64,000 bases of DNA from an uncultured Myxococcales bacterium (GTDB lineage: Bacteria; Myxococcota; B64-G9). The notes below the pieces were generated by a model. It was not told the origin of the DNA. It searched no databases and saw only the letters and a program-made list of their open reading frames with translations. Below are positions 36,668 through 44,798 of the stretch, piece after piece. The number at the start of each line of letters is the position of its first letter. Positions within the stretch are counted from its first letter, which is position 1. Where the stretch lies: assembly GCA_964561025.1 (NCBI GenBank), contig CAZLNM010000012.1, forward strand, positions 416 through 64,415, read 5' to 3'. Both the position numbers and the translations under genes were made by a program.

Positions 36668-38005
36668 CTAGGGCGAGGCCCAGATCGGCGCGGCCACCAG
36701 GAAGCCGCCGTCCTGCATGGTGGCCCGGGCCACGACGTAGGTGGCGCCGATCACCGGGACCGAGAGCTCCGCGACGCAGGGGTTGGCGCCGGCGCAGTCG
36801 AAGGTCGACAGGAGGGTCTTCTGCGGCCCGTAGAACTCGATGGCGGTGAATGCGTCGCCCGCGTCGGGATCCGATACGGTCACCCGCAGGCTCAGGTAGC
36901 TGGCCCCTCGCAAGATCGAGCCCATCCAGCACTCGTCCTGAGCCATCATGACGATCGTGGCGTTCTTGTCGGTGGTGGCGAACGAGCGCCGCTCGAGCAT
37001 GGCCTGGTACAGCGCCTCGCGCGTGAGCTCGGGCAGGAAGAACCCGCTGCGGTTGTCGTTCTTGGTGCCCCAGTCGCAGCCATGGTTGTCCTGGTTGTAG
37101 GTGGGCGAGAGGTGCCAACCCTTGTCGAGCGCCTGGAAATACAGGTCCCACACCGGGCCGTCCCCGTTGAACTCGAACAGGTTGAGCCGCTCGTCGGCCG
37201 GCGCGTCGTACGCGAAGTCCTTCCAGGTGTGCCCCGCGCTGTCGCCGGGGTGGTTGAAGGCGCCGATGCAAGTTCCGCAGCCGGCCAGCGCCGGGTAGAA
37301 GGCCTCGAAGTCGAACACCAAGGGGAACAGGGTAGGGGAGAAGAACACGTTGTTGTGGCCCAGGAGTCCCACCACCGCGGTGGCGTACTCGAAGGCGCAG
37401 CCGGCCAGGTACTGGCCGGGGACGTAGAAGGTGTCGGCGAGGGCCAGACAGGTCTGGTACTCGTCGAGCGGCCAGTAGAGCTGTTCGATGTGGTCCGAGA
37501 GGATCATGATGTCCAGGTGGGCGGTGTCGCGCGCGTAGGTGTAGGCCTGGTCGGCCGGGCAGTCGCCGTCCGAGTACTTGCTGTGGGAGTGGAGGTTGCC
37601 GAAGTACGCCCGGTAGCCGGTCCCCCGCAGGCAGCCTCGCAGGCCGCCGCCGCCGTCGCCACCCGCATCGGCGCCCCCATCCTCCGCATCCACGCCCGCG
37701 TCCACGCCCGCGTCGGGGGCCTCGTCGGCGCCCGCATCCAGCCCGCCGTCCGGCTCGTTGCCGTCCGCGTCGAATATCCCACCGTCCGCGCCGCCGTCCT
37801 CGGCGGAGTCTCCGGCGCCCGGGTCGGCGCCGGCATCGTTCCCGTCTCCGCCGTCCGGCAGGAACCCGCCGTCGTCGCCGGCCGTCGCTCCGTCGGCCGC
37901 ATCCACGCCGTCACCGTCCGAGCCGTCGGGTGGCGAGGGAGAATCGCCGCAAGAGCACAGCCAGAGCAGGTCGGCCGCAAGGAAAGTTACCAGCATCCAT
38001 CGCAT
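36668..38005 (-). CDS. secreted PHP-domain (CehA/McbA-like) metallohydrolase
   Basis: Lipoprotein signal (LLWLCSC), a 100-aa D/G/A-rich linker, then the PHP motif YFGNLHSHSKYSDGD and further His/Asp clusters (ILSDHIE, LLGHNN, FNHPGD). Confidence 0.65.
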   Translation of the reverse strand: MRWMLVTFLAADLLWLCSCGDSPSPPDGSDGDGVDAADGATAGDDGGFLPDGGDGNDAGADPGAGDSAEDGGADGGIFDADGNEPDGGLDAGADEAPDAGVDAGVDAEDGGADAGGDGGGGLRGCLRGTGYRAYFGNLHSHSKYSDGDCPADQAYTYARDTAHLDIMILSDHIEQLYWPLDEYQTCLALADTFYVPGQYLAGCAFEYATAVVGLLGHNNVFFSPTLFPLVFDFEAFYPALAGCGTCIGAFNHPGDSAGHTWKDFAYDAPADERLNLFEFNGDGPVWDLYFQALDKGWHLSPTYNQDNHGCDWGTKNDNRSGFFLPELTREALYQAMLERRSFATTDKNATIVMMAQDECWMGSILRGASYLSLRVTVSDPDAGDAFTAIEFYGPQKTLLSTFDCAGANPCVAELSVPVIGATYVVARATMQDGGFLVAAPIWASP

Positions 38006-38053
38006 GGGCGCTCCCGTGGCAATCCAGCACCTGTCAGTCTAGCAGATCCGGGG

Positions 38054-40081
38054 CTATTTTTTCGAGATTCTTCGGCGCAGGAGCACAACGAGAAAGACGA
38101 GCCCCGCCGTGGCCGGCACGGGCGCCGAGGCGCAGCCGCAACCGCCCGACATCCGCTGGCTCGAGCCGTCTCCCGGCGTTGGCCCGTCTCCGCCGTCCGC
38201 GGGCGGCAGGCCGTCGTCCGTCGCTCCCGCGTCGGTGTTGGCATCGCCGGGTCCGTCGGTGGGCATGGCGTCACCGCCGTCCGGAGAAGCGTCGGAGGCG
38301 TCCAGCCCCGCGTCGCCGGCTCCGGCGTCTCCGTCGCCGCCGTCCTCCTCGATGGGTTGCCCGGTCTCGCAGCCAAAGGGCTCGCTCCGCTCGTCCACGC
38401 CCTCGGGCCGGATGCCGAAGACGGGAGAGGGACAGCCGCGTTCGAGCGCGCCCAGATCGGGGCCGCTTCCCCGGAAGGCGTCGTTGATGCCGGGGAGCAG
38501 GAGGCCCCGGTCCAGCGCCGGGGTGGTCGCGGAGAGGATGGCCTCGGGTGGGGAGAGGGTCTCGGTGTAGCTCGTGGGCGGCTCGAGCCCGCTCTCGAAC
38601 GGCGACGCCGCGAGCAGCAGGCCGTGAATCTCGACGCCGGCGCCTTGCAGGGCGGCGAAACTCGACACCGACACCGCTCCCGACTCGAAGCGGATGCGAA
38701 AACCCCCGTCCGGGCGGTAGGCGTTGTAGTCGAACAGGCCGTCTCGAACCGTGCCGCTCCAGTCCACGGTGCGCGCGCCGCCGAGGGCGGCCGGGCCCAG
38801 GAAGATGTTGTTCTGGATGGCGAAGTGGGAGCTGGTCGTGTCGTCCCACACCACCAGTGGGGCGCCGGGGCTCACGAAGGTGTTGTGCAGGACCAAAACA
38901 CCCGAGGTGCTGTTGTGGAACTTGAGGGGCTCGGAGGTGTAATTGACCAGTACGTTGCGCAGAAAGTACACCGGCCCGCCGAACACCGGCTGGAAGGAGG
39001 CCGGCATGAAGGCGTTGGTGAAGCGGTTGAAGACCGCCCGGCCGTTCCCGGCGAGCGTGTCCAGTTCCAGGGCATTGTCGTAGGCGCTGACCACCTCGTT
39101 CCCGTAGAAGTCCACCGCCCGGCTCCCGTCCTGCTCGATCTTGAGCGCGTCGCCGAAGCCTTGCAGACGGTTGTGGCACACCACGTGACCGTCCCCGGCC
39201 AGGTTGATGCCGTCGTCGTTGGCGTGCGCCCCGCCGTCGTCGGTGTAGATCGCCGGCCACTGGAGCAGCCCCTGCAGGTCGTTGTCGCAGATGTAGAAGT
39301 CCTTCTGGTTCTCGCGGCTGCCGATGCCCAGGCGCACCTGGCGGATGCGCAGGCGGCGGGCCACGTTGCCCTCGGCGCCGGCGCCCTGGAAACGCAGCGC
39401 CCGGTTGGCGTTTTGCAGGGTGAGGTTTTCGATGTGGACGAAACTGCCATAGATTTCGAAGACGTTACCGGTGCTGCCTCCACCGTCCAGGATCGCTCCG
39501 TCACGGTGTTGTCCGCGGATGACGATGGGATTTTCCGCCGCGCCGCTGGCATTGATTGAAAACGTCCCACCGTAGGTGCCGTCAGCGAGAAGGATGACGG
39601 TTCCGGCGCGAGCGGCGGAGAGAGCGGAGCGCAGCCCGGCGGCGTCGGAAACATTGACCGTGTTCGGTTGCGACGGATCGCCGGGCACGCCGCGTGTCCG
39701 AGCGGTCAGTGTCCGGACCAGCTCCGAGCCGTTGTCGGGATCGCGGGCGACGAGCTCGACCTCGTACTCGGTGCCGGGGCGCAGGTAGAACAGGCTCCCG
39801 GCGAACTGTTCAGGCACCGAGAGCCCGGTCACGTCCTCGGGCCGCACCCGGAAGAGCGGTGGGCCATCCCGCCAGGCGCTCTGTCCCACCGCGCGATAGC
39901 GGACCGATACCGTGGCGTCGTGATCGTCATCGCCCTGGATGAGGAGCTGCAAGCCGAGGTGGATGAGCGTGGGCCGGTCCACCCGCACGGGATCGAGCAG
40001 GGTCAGGCGATCCTCGGCCCGTGAATGGTTGGAGGCCAGAAGCGCAGCGAAAAAGAAATGCGGCCAGAGCTGTCGGACCAT
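38054..40081 (-). CDS. secreted beta-helix protein with FN3-like N-domain and MYXO-CTERM sorting tail
   Basis: Signal peptide after ATG 40081 (GGAGG RBS), an FN3/PAP-N-like segment (VSVRYRAVGQSAWRDGPP...GTEYEVELVARDPDNG), beta-helix repeats, an acidic D/G/A linker and a C-terminal SGGCGCASAP-hydrophobic-RRRISKK. Confidence 0.72.
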   Translation of the reverse strand: MVRQLWPHFFFAALLASNHSRAEDRLTLLDPVRVDRPTLIHLGLQLLIQGDDDHDATVSVRYRAVGQSAWRDGPPLFRVRPEDVTGLSVPEQFAGSLFYLRPGTEYEVELVARDPDNGSELVRTLTARTRGVPGDPSQPNTVNVSDAAGLRSALSAARAGTVILLADGTYGGTFSINASGAAENPIVIRGQHRDGAILDGGGSTGNVFEIYGSFVHIENLTLQNANRALRFQGAGAEGNVARRLRIRQVRLGIGSRENQKDFYICDNDLQGLLQWPAIYTDDGGAHANDDGINLAGDGHVVCHNRLQGFGDALKIEQDGSRAVDFYGNEVVSAYDNALELDTLAGNGRAVFNRFTNAFMPASFQPVFGGPVYFLRNVLVNYTSEPLKFHNSTSGVLVLHNTFVSPGAPLVVWDDTTSSHFAIQNNIFLGPAALGGARTVDWSGTVRDGLFDYNAYRPDGGFRIRFESGAVSVSSFAALQGAGVEIHGLLLAASPFESGLEPPTSYTETLSPPEAILSATTPALDRGLLLPGINDAFRGSGPDLGALERGCPSPVFGIRPEGVDERSEPFGCETGQPIEEDGGDGDAGAGDAGLDASDASPDGGDAMPTDGPGDANTDAGATDDGLPPADGGDGPTPGDGSSQRMSGGCGCASAPVPATAGLVFLVVLLRRRISKK

Positions 40082-40173
40082 GGGCACCTCCGCGCGACCT
40101 TGCGCGACGTTTGCCATTGTGCGGCAAAACATGGTAAGGCATCAACCGGAAACGCGGGGGCAAGGGACAACCC

Positions 40174-40674
40174 ATGGCAAAAGAAGAGAAATTCGTGCGC
40201 CGCGTCCGGCTGGAGAAATACCTCGAGGATTACCGGTTCACCGATTCGAGCCGCATCCGCAGGAAGGATGGCAAGGCGTACCTCCCCGCGGTGTATTGCC
40301 ACAACGGCCACAACCTGATGGTGCGGGCGGTGACCTTCGACGGGCTCCCCGCCATTCACGTGCGCGGCCTGGTGGGCGGCGAGGGCGGCCCTGCCGAGGA
40401 CTTCTACCTCTCGCCCATCATCAACGATGCCCGCAAGGAGGGGCCCGACCTTCCGCCGGGCACGCGGCTGCAGCTCGTCTGCCCCATCTGCGAAGAGTCT
40501 TTGCGAGCGCTCGTCCCCTGCACCTGTCGGGTGGGCGCGTACCGCAGGGCCCTGTACCTCACGCCGCGGCCCGACGAGCTGGGAACCGTCGGCCTGTGCG
40601 AGATCTTCGGCTGTCCCCAGTCCTTCGTCTCCGACGACGGCGAGCTGGTGTTCGAGGTGGTGGCGGAGAAATAG
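40174..40674 (+). CDS. hypothetical Cys/His-rich protein (possible zinc-binding)
   Basis: 166 aa with CHNGH, CPICEE, CTC and CEIFGC clusters. Codon usage looks like its neighbours. No family recognised. Confidence 0.45.
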   Translation: MAKEEKFVRRVRLEKYLEDYRFTDSSRIRRKDGKAYLPAVYCHNGHNLMVRAVTFDGLPAIHVRGLVGGEGGPAEDFYLSPIINDARKEGPDLPPGTRLQLVCPICEESLRALVPCTCRVGAYRRALYLTPRPDELGTVGLCEIFGCPQSFVSDDGELVFEVVAEK

Positions 40675-40679
40675 CCGGA

Positions 40680-42092
40680 TCAGGGCGGGTCCCAACAACA
40701 GCGGAAGCCCGTGGTCGGGGAGGCGGTCAGGGGCGCGTCGCAGTAGTCGATGTAGGTCATGGGGTACTGGCACTGGTGGCGTTGCTCGATGTCCGAGCGC
40801 CGTTGGTCCGGATCGTCGAAGTCGCACGCCTCCCAGCCGGAGGTTGTCTGGGTCCAGCACTCGTAGGCGCCGCCCTGCACCGAGCGCTTGGCGGCGTCTT
40901 TCTCGCAGGGCGAATCCGTCCATTCCCACAAGTTGCCGCTCTGGTCGTAGCTGCCGACCCGCGAGCGGCAGGTGTCCAGGGATCCGCTGGACACCGTATC
41001 ACCGATCAGCCGGGTGAAGGTGTTGCAGGCTGTGGGGCTGTAGGTTCTGTCGGCGTATGTATACTGGAAGTTGCTGCCGTCCCAGTCGGCGCCGCAGGCC
41101 ATGGACCAGTCCCGCTTGGTGCAAAGGCGCTTGCCCGAAGCTTGGCAGGCCCGGCGCGCCTGGAACCAGGTCAGGTTGCGCGAGGGGCGAAGACCCGGCA
41201 GGGAGCAGGCGTACAGCGTCACGGTGACGCCGGTGTCGTTGGGTGGCCAGCCGGAGGGGTAGTCGTAGCTGGACTTCTCCTCGCCGAAACGCTTTCCGGT
41301 GCAGTCGGCGTTCTCGAAGACGGTGGCCTCGTACTTGTCGATGAGCACGACGAACCCCTGCAAGGTGTAGGGCACGCGCACCATGCAGCCGGGCTCGTCG
41401 GCGACGCCGTTGCAGTTGTTGTCCTTGCCATCGTGCGCGGCGGCTCCCAGCTCGCACTCATCGAGCGGCGGGATGCCCTCGTCGGTCTCAGCATCGCAGT
41501 CGTTGTCGATGCCATCGCAGATCTCAGGCGAGGAGCGGTCGTCAGAGCCGCCCGGCATGGTGCTGCAGCGCTGGCCGGTGGCGTCCACGCACTCCCACAC
41601 CCCGTCCGGGCAGGCGCCTTGCCCCGGGCAGGGTTGCCCCGAGCTGAACCCCTCGTCGGTCTGGCCGTCGCAGTTGTTGTCCACCCCGTCGCAGATCTCG
41701 CGCGCCGGGACAAGCGCATCGCACTGCCAGGCGGTGGACACGCACGTCTCGGTGCCCGTGCAGGTGCCGTAGCTGTTCTTGCGCTCGCAGGAACGCGGGG
41801 AGAGTTCCTCGTCGGTCTGGGCGTCGCAGTCGTTGTCCACCCCGTCGCAGTCCTCGACGCCGCCGTGGGTGATGGAGCAGCCGAGTTCGCACCGGCCGCG
41901 GCCGGTGCAGCGGTATCCCGAGGGACAGTCCGATGCCAGGACACAGTCGAACACGCAGTCCCCCGACAGAATGGCGCAGTACCGGCCCGACGGGCAGTCG
42001 GTATCGACGCGGCAGCCGGACTCCCCCCCGGATGAGCACGCAGCCAACTCGAGGGAGAGCGCCAGCGCCATGAGGCAAGTCGTTGTTTTCAT
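40680..42092 (-). CDS. secreted lipoprotein: Cys-rich MopE-like repeats plus FGE-sulfatase (SUMF1/FGS) domain
   Basis: Lipoprotein signal (ALSLELAAC), four CDG[VI]DN[DN]C[DN]xxxDE repeats, then an FGE-sulfatase-type domain (IDKYEATV..., NLTWFQARRACQASGKRLCTKRDW, GNLWEWT, QGGAYE). It is the 3' third of a 1425-aa shadow ORF; start is ATG 42092 after GGAG. Confidence 0.75.
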   Translation of the reverse strand: MKTTTCLMALALSLELAACSSGGESGCRVDTDCPSGRYCAILSGDCVFDCVLASDCPSGYRCTGRGRCELGCSITHGGVEDCDGVDNDCDAQTDEELSPRSCERKNSYGTCTGTETCVSTAWQCDALVPAREICDGVDNNCDGQTDEGFSSGQPCPGQGACPDGVWECVDATGQRCSTMPGGSDDRSSPEICDGIDNDCDAETDEGIPPLDECELGAAAHDGKDNNCNGVADEPGCMVRVPYTLQGFVVLIDKYEATVFENADCTGKRFGEEKSSYDYPSGWPPNDTGVTVTLYACSLPGLRPSRNLTWFQARRACQASGKRLCTKRDWSMACGADWDGSNFQYTYADRTYSPTACNTFTRLIGDTVSSGSLDTCRSRVGSYDQSGNLWEWTDSPCEKDAAKRSVQGGAYECWTQTTSGWEACDFDDPDQRRSDIEQRHQCQYPMTYIDYCDAPLTASPTTGFRCCWDPP

Positions 42093-42161
42093 GAGGCTCC
42101 TCGTAACCAGCATCATTATAGTCGATACCGCTCGAAAGGCCAATGCAGCCTGGCGATTCGT

Positions 42162-42189
42162 TTGACTCCACGGGACTTCAAGGTACAAT
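42162..42189 (+). promoter_or_regulatory. sigma-70-like promoter candidate for the MCP/CHAT unit
   Basis: TTGACT (42162-42167), 16-nt spacer, TACAAT (42184-42189), 26 nt upstream of GTG 42216, with a gaggga RBS between. Confidence 0.45.
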
Positions 42190-42215
42190 GAGCCCGTTCT
42201 TTCGAGGGACAAGCG

Positions 42216-44798
42216 GTGAACGACACCGATCGCTCGCGCCAGGCTTCGCCCATCCGGACCGCCGGCCTCCTGGTCGGCCTGTGGGGCCTGGTGGTGCTGG
42301 TCAGCAACTTGTTCATCATCTGGTTCTTTCCCCCGCCCAAGGGTCACTGGCTCCTGTTCGAGATCGTGCTGTGGGCCGGCGCCGTGCTGATGGGCTGGTG
42401 CACCGTTTTTTTGGTGTTGCGCTTCTACCAGCCGCTCATGGACTTCTACGAGGCCCACCTGAACGGCAGGAAGCTGGAGGACGCCATCATCGAGAGGGCC
42501 CGGCGGGCGGCCGGAAGCCTGTACCTCAAGCTGGCCGCCACCGGCGGCGTCTGTCCCGTGCTGCTCATGCTCGGCGTGGGCCTGTTCATGATCTGGGAGG
42601 CCGACCTCCCCGCCCAGCACCTGGGCTACTTCATCCTGCTGGGGTTGTTCGGGGCGCTGACGATGGGCATGGTGTTCTTCTTCGCCCCCGGCGCGCGCTC
42701 CGGTCAGGCCCTGGAGGCGGCGTCCAGTTACGGCGCGGGTGGGCCGCGGCGGCGCGGTTTGTCGTTGGGAAGCAAGACCATCATGCTGGGGTTCGGCCTG
42801 GCCTGCATGCCGGCGCTGCTGGTGGGCGCCTTCAGCAACTACCACGCCAACCGGCTCATGGCCGAGGAGCTGGGCCGGCGCATGGAGAGCGGCCTGGTGC
42901 TGGTGGAGCGCGGAGCGCGCGCCCTGGAGCAAGATGGCGCCGGACGGAGCGAGATCGACAAGTACCTCACCACCGAATCCCGCAAGCTCGGGGAGGGCGT
43001 CTTCTTGCACCTGGTGAGCCAGAACGGGGCGGCCTTCCGCAGCCAGGACGCCGAGCCCCTCACCGGCGAGCTGTACCGGACGATCGTCGCCCTGCGCGGC
43101 CCCGGGGTCTCGGGCACCGTGACGGATCCCGCGGGCTCGGGCAGCTACGCCTTCGCCTTCAGCGCGGACTCGTCGAGGGTGCTCATCGCGCCGGTGCGCG
43201 CCGCGGCCTTGCGCAGCACGCAGCGCACCCTGCTGGGGCTGACGTTGGGCATCCTGCTGTGCTCGCTGGTCGTGGCGGCCGGCCTGGGATGGCTGTTCGC
43301 GGCGTACCTGGGCGGGACCATCCGGCGCATGGTGATGTTCACCGGCGAGGTGGCCCGCGGCGAGCTGCGCCGGGATCTCACGGTGGTGGGAGACGACGAG
43401 ATCGGCGAGCTGGGGGACGCGCTGCACGCCATGGCCGACAACTTGCGGCGGATGGTGCGCGACGTCTCCACCCTGGCCAACCAGATCGCGGGCACCTGCG
43501 ACCGGTTGCTGCTCAAGGCCTCGGCCATCGCCACCGGGGCCGACGTGCAGGCCCAGTCGGTGCACGAGACCAGCAACGCCGTGCACAGCCTCAACCAGAC
43601 CATCGGCACCGGCGCCGAGGCGCTCAAGAAGCTGGCCCACTCCGCCCGCGAGACCGCCGAGGTCGCCGACAAGGTGAGCCAGGGTTTCTCGCTCATGTTG
43701 ACGGAATGTGATTCCTTGCAGGGGACGGTCGATCGCACCGGTCAGATCGTGGAGCGCATGACCCGGGCCGTGCAGGAGGTGGCCCAGGTCATCCACGAGC
43801 TCAGCGGCGGTGCCGTGCGCTCCGCCCAGTCGATGTCGGAGGTCGATCGCTCCGTGGCCGAGGTGACCACCCGGGCGGCGGAGACCGCCCAGATGACCCG
43901 CCGGGCCATCGACGTGGCCCAGGAAGGCGCGGTGGCCGTCCGGCGCACCATCGAGGGAATGGATCGGATCGTGGAATCCACCCGGCAGGCCTCCAGCGTC
44001 ATCCTGGGGCTCGGCAACCGCATCGAGGCCATCGGCTCCATCCTGGGCGTGATCGAGGAGATCGCCGATCAGACCAACCTGCTGGCCCTCAACGCGGCCA
44101 TCATCGCGGCCCAGGCCGGCGAGCACGGCCGGGGATTCGCGGTGGTGGCCGACGAGATCCGCTCCCTGGCCGAGCGCACCGGGTCCTCCACCCGGGAGAT
44201 CGGCCAGATGATCACCGACATCCAGGAGGCCTCCGGAGAGGCCATCCGCGTCATGCGTGGCGGAGGCGCCACGGTCAACGAGGGCGTGAACCTGGCCAAG
44301 CAGGCCGGGGAATCGCTCAACCAGATCCTGGTCAACGTCCAGCGCGCGGCCGAGAACGTGGAGATGATCGCCAAGTTCACGGAGACCCAGGCGCGCTCCA
44401 GCGCGGTGGTCACCCGCGAGATCAACCAGGTGGCCGAGCTGGCCGGGCGGATCTCGGAGACCGCCTCCGGGCAGACCCGGAGCGGCGAGGAGCTGCTGGC
44501 CGCCTTCCGCGAAACGTTGCAGAGCACGCAGGCCATCGGCAAGTTGGTGAACCAGCAGGCCCAGGAGAACCGCCTGGCCCTGGCCACGGTGGGGGACATG
44601 CGAGACTCGGCGGAGCGGACCCGCACGGCCCTGTCGGAGCAGATGGCGGTTTCGGACAATATCCTGCGCGTCATCGAGCAGGTGCGGGAGATCGCCAAGA
44701 ACCACGCCAAGGCCGCGCAGGAGATGGGCGAGGCCACGCAGTCCTTGGCCGAGAAAAGTGCGCGTCTCAAGCAGGAAATCGACGTCTTCCATGTGTAG
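42216..44798 (+). CDS. methyl-accepting chemotaxis protein (multi-TM, HAMP, MA domain)
   Basis: About six N-terminal TM segments, a HAMP domain (…[23 protein letters not shown]) and the canonical hairpin tip [42 protein letters not shown]. Confidence 0.88.
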   Translation: MNDTDRSRQASPIRTAGLLVGLWGLVVLVSNLFIIWFFPPPKGHWLLFEIVLWAGAVLMGWCTVFLVLRFYQPLMDFYEAHLNGRKLEDAIIERARRAAGSLYLKLAATGGVCPVLLMLGVGLFMIWEADLPAQHLGYFILLGLFGALTMGMVFFFAPGARSGQALEAASSYGAGGPRRRGLSLGSKTIMLGFGLACMPALLVGAFSNYHANRLMAEELGRRMESGLVLVERGARALEQDGAGRSEIDKYLTTESRKLGEGVFLHLVSQNGAAFRSQDAEPLTGELYRTIVALRGPGVSGTVTDPAGSGSYAFAFSADSSRVLIAPVRAAALRSTQRTLLGLTLGILLCSLVVAAGLGWLFAAYLGGTIRRMVMFTGEVARGELRRDLTVVGDDEIGELGDALHAMADNLRRMVRDVSTLANQIAGTCDRLLLKASAIATGADVQAQSVHETSNAVHSLNQTIGTGAEALKKLAHSARETAEVADKVSQGFSLMLTECDSLQGTVDRTGQIVERMTRAVQEVAQVIHELSGGAVRSAQSMSEVDRSVAEVTTRAAETAQMTRRAIDVAQEGAVAVRRTIEGMDRIVESTRQASSVILGLGNRIEAIGSILGVIEEIADQTNLLALNAAIIAAQAGEHGRGFAVVADEIRSLAERTGSSTREIGQMITDIQEASGEAIRVMRGGGATVNEGVNLAKQAGESLNQILVNVQRAAENVEMIAKFTETQARSSAVVTREINQVAELAGRISETASGQTRSGEELLAAFRETLQSTQAIGKLVNQQAQENRLALATVGDMRDSAERTRTALSEQMAVSDNILRVIEQVREIAKNHAKAAQEMGEATQSLAEKSARLKQEIDVFHV

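Noticed and set aside
36330-38350. Repetitive GAC/GGC/GCC-rich DNA that could be mistaken for tandem repeats or a CRISPR-like array
   Set aside because: The repeats are irregular in length and sequence and have no spacer/repeat periodicity. They lie in frame inside three genes, where they encode D/G/A-rich linkers.
36407-39559. 1050-aa plus-strand ORF, and other long ORFs antisense to the secreted beta-helix/PHP operon (for example 35811..37271 and 38271..39260)
   Set aside because: They are antisense or off-frame to genes with signal peptides and recognisable PHP and beta-helix motifs. Their translations are low complexity and motif-free.
40101-40116. Sigma-54-like GG-N10-GC match (TGGCAAACGTCGCGCA on the minus strand) upstream of the MYXO-CTERM beta-helix gene
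   Set aside because: The -12 element is poor (GCGCA rather than TTGCA). The implied transcription start would fall on or after the GGAGG ribosome-binding site, leaving no usable leader.
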